IMG/VR virus record: IMGVR_UViG_3300027888_000008
Location: 1-38,415 of that record
DNA: 38,415 nt
Reading direction: 5' to 3' (one strand)
Source: a virus
Taxonomy: Duplodnaviria; Caudoviricetes
Part shown: positions 37,421-38,415 of the stretch, in pieces
Layout: each line of letters opens with the position of its first letter
Position numbering within the stretch: position 1 is the stretch's first letter
The notes under the pieces: generated by a model
Database searches by the model: none
What the model was told of the DNA's origin: nothing
The model's input: only the letters and a program-made list of their open reading frames with translations
Translations under genes and position numbers: made by a program

Positions 37421-37953
37421 AAACGTTTGAAGAGACGAAAGAAATCTTAACCAAAATATTAGGGCATGCTCCTATGATTGTAGATGGGAAATTTTACCTA
37501 AGCTACGCAGACCTACGCGGTGCATCCCTAATCTACACAAACCTACACGGCGCAAACCTAAGCCGCGCAAACCTAATCGGCGCAAACCTATTCGGCGCAC
37601 ACCTAAACTATACAGACATACGTGGTGCAGACCTAAGCAACGCAAGCCTAAGCGGCGCAGACCTAATCTACGCAGACTTACGCGGTGCAAACCTAATCGG
37701 CGCATACCTACACGGCGCAGACCTATGCGGAGCATACCTACGCGACGCAAACCTACGTGGTGCATACCTACACGGTGCAGACCTACGCGGTGCAGACTTA
37801 CGCGGTGCAAACCTACGCAACGCAGACCTATTCGGCGCAAAAATAAGCGTAACAAAACTCGACAAAAAGCATTTTAAAGAAGCAATCGGGCTTCCAATAA
37901 TCAATGACAAGGTGAAAAAATGGAAACGTTTGAAGAGACGCAAGAAATCTTAA
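37417..37953 (+). CDS. Pentapeptide repeat protein, array copy 3 (23 repeats; 10-aa read-through tail)
   Basis: The usual TGA is TGG at 37921-37923. Confidence 0.9.
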   Translation: MKTFEETKEILTKILGHAPMIVDGKFYLSYADLRGASLIYTNLHGANLSRANLIGANLFGAHLNYTDIRGADLSNASLSGADLIYADLRGANLIGAYLHGADLCGAYLRDANLRGAYLHGADLRGADLRGANLRNADLFGAKISVTKLDKKHFKEAIGLPIINDKVKKWKRLKRRKKS

Positions 37954-38415
37954 CCAAAATACTAGGACATGAGCCTAGGATTGTAGATTGGAAATTTTAC
38001 CTACGCGGAGCAAACCTACGCGGAGCAAACCTACGCGGAGCAAACCTATGCGGTGCAGACCTACTCGGCGCAAACCTAAGCCACGCAAACCTACGCAACG
38101 CAGACCTAGGCGGTGCAGAACTACGCGAAGCAGACCTAAGCCACGCAAACCTAAGCGGTGCAAACCTAATCTACGCAAACCTAAGAGGCGCAGACCTACG
38201 CGGTGCATCCCTAATCTACACAAACCTACGAGCCGCAGACCTACGTGGTGCATACCTAATCTACACAAACCTACAAGGCGCAGACCTACGCGGCGCATAC
38301 CTAAGCGGCATAGACCTAAGCCGAGCAGACCTACGCAATGCAAACCTAAGAGGCGCAGACCTAAGCAGAACAAAACTCGACAAAAAGCATTTTGAAGAAG
38401 CAAACGGGCTTCCAA
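37920..38415 (+). CDS. Pentapeptide repeat protein, array copy 4 (runs off the end; joins 119-144 if circular, 173 aa, 24 repeats)
   Basis: METFEETQEILTKILGHEPRIVDWKFYLRGANL...; in frame through the terminal overlap; missing from the ORF track. Confidence 0.9.
   Translation, partial: METFEETQEILTKILGHEPRIVDWKFYLRGANLRGANLRGANLCGADLLGANLSHANLRNADLGGAELREADLSHANLSGANLIYANLRGADLRGASLIYTNLRAADLRGAYLIYTNLQGADLRGAYLSGIDLSRADLRNANLRGADLSRTKLDKKHFEEANGLP

Noticed and set aside
38298-38415. Biological direct terminal repeat of the virion DNA
   Set aside because: It falls mid-gene in a repeated sequence with a third internal copy, so it is more simply an assembly overlap

Overview
The window appears to be a complete, probably circular ~38.3-kb phage genome: positions 1-118 equal 38298-38415. 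It has a P22-like podoviral morphogenesis module (terminase, portal, scaffold, coat, head-tail proteins, three ejection-type proteins, tail fibres) and a lysis module. It also has a plasmid-type (IncFII RepA-like) initiator with DnaA boxes, two XRE regulators and no recognisable integrase. The stand-out feature is an operon crossing the contig junction: consensus sigma70 promoter, rusA, eight tandem translationally coupled pentapeptide-repeat paralogues, yqaJ, recT. The paralogues share near-identical N- and C-caps, but their cores vary in length (4-36 repeats) and are mosaics of shared repeat blocks. This suggests a recombination-shuffled repertoire of beta-helical, possibly DNA-mimic, proteins. 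Other oddities: an orphan ninth paralogue, two tRNA-like RNAs with abnormal anticodon arms, a chromosomal-type parS plus DnaA boxes at the capsid promoter, repeat-delimited small-gene cassettes and a CaaX-ending moron. All calls come from reading motifs by eye; no searches were run.
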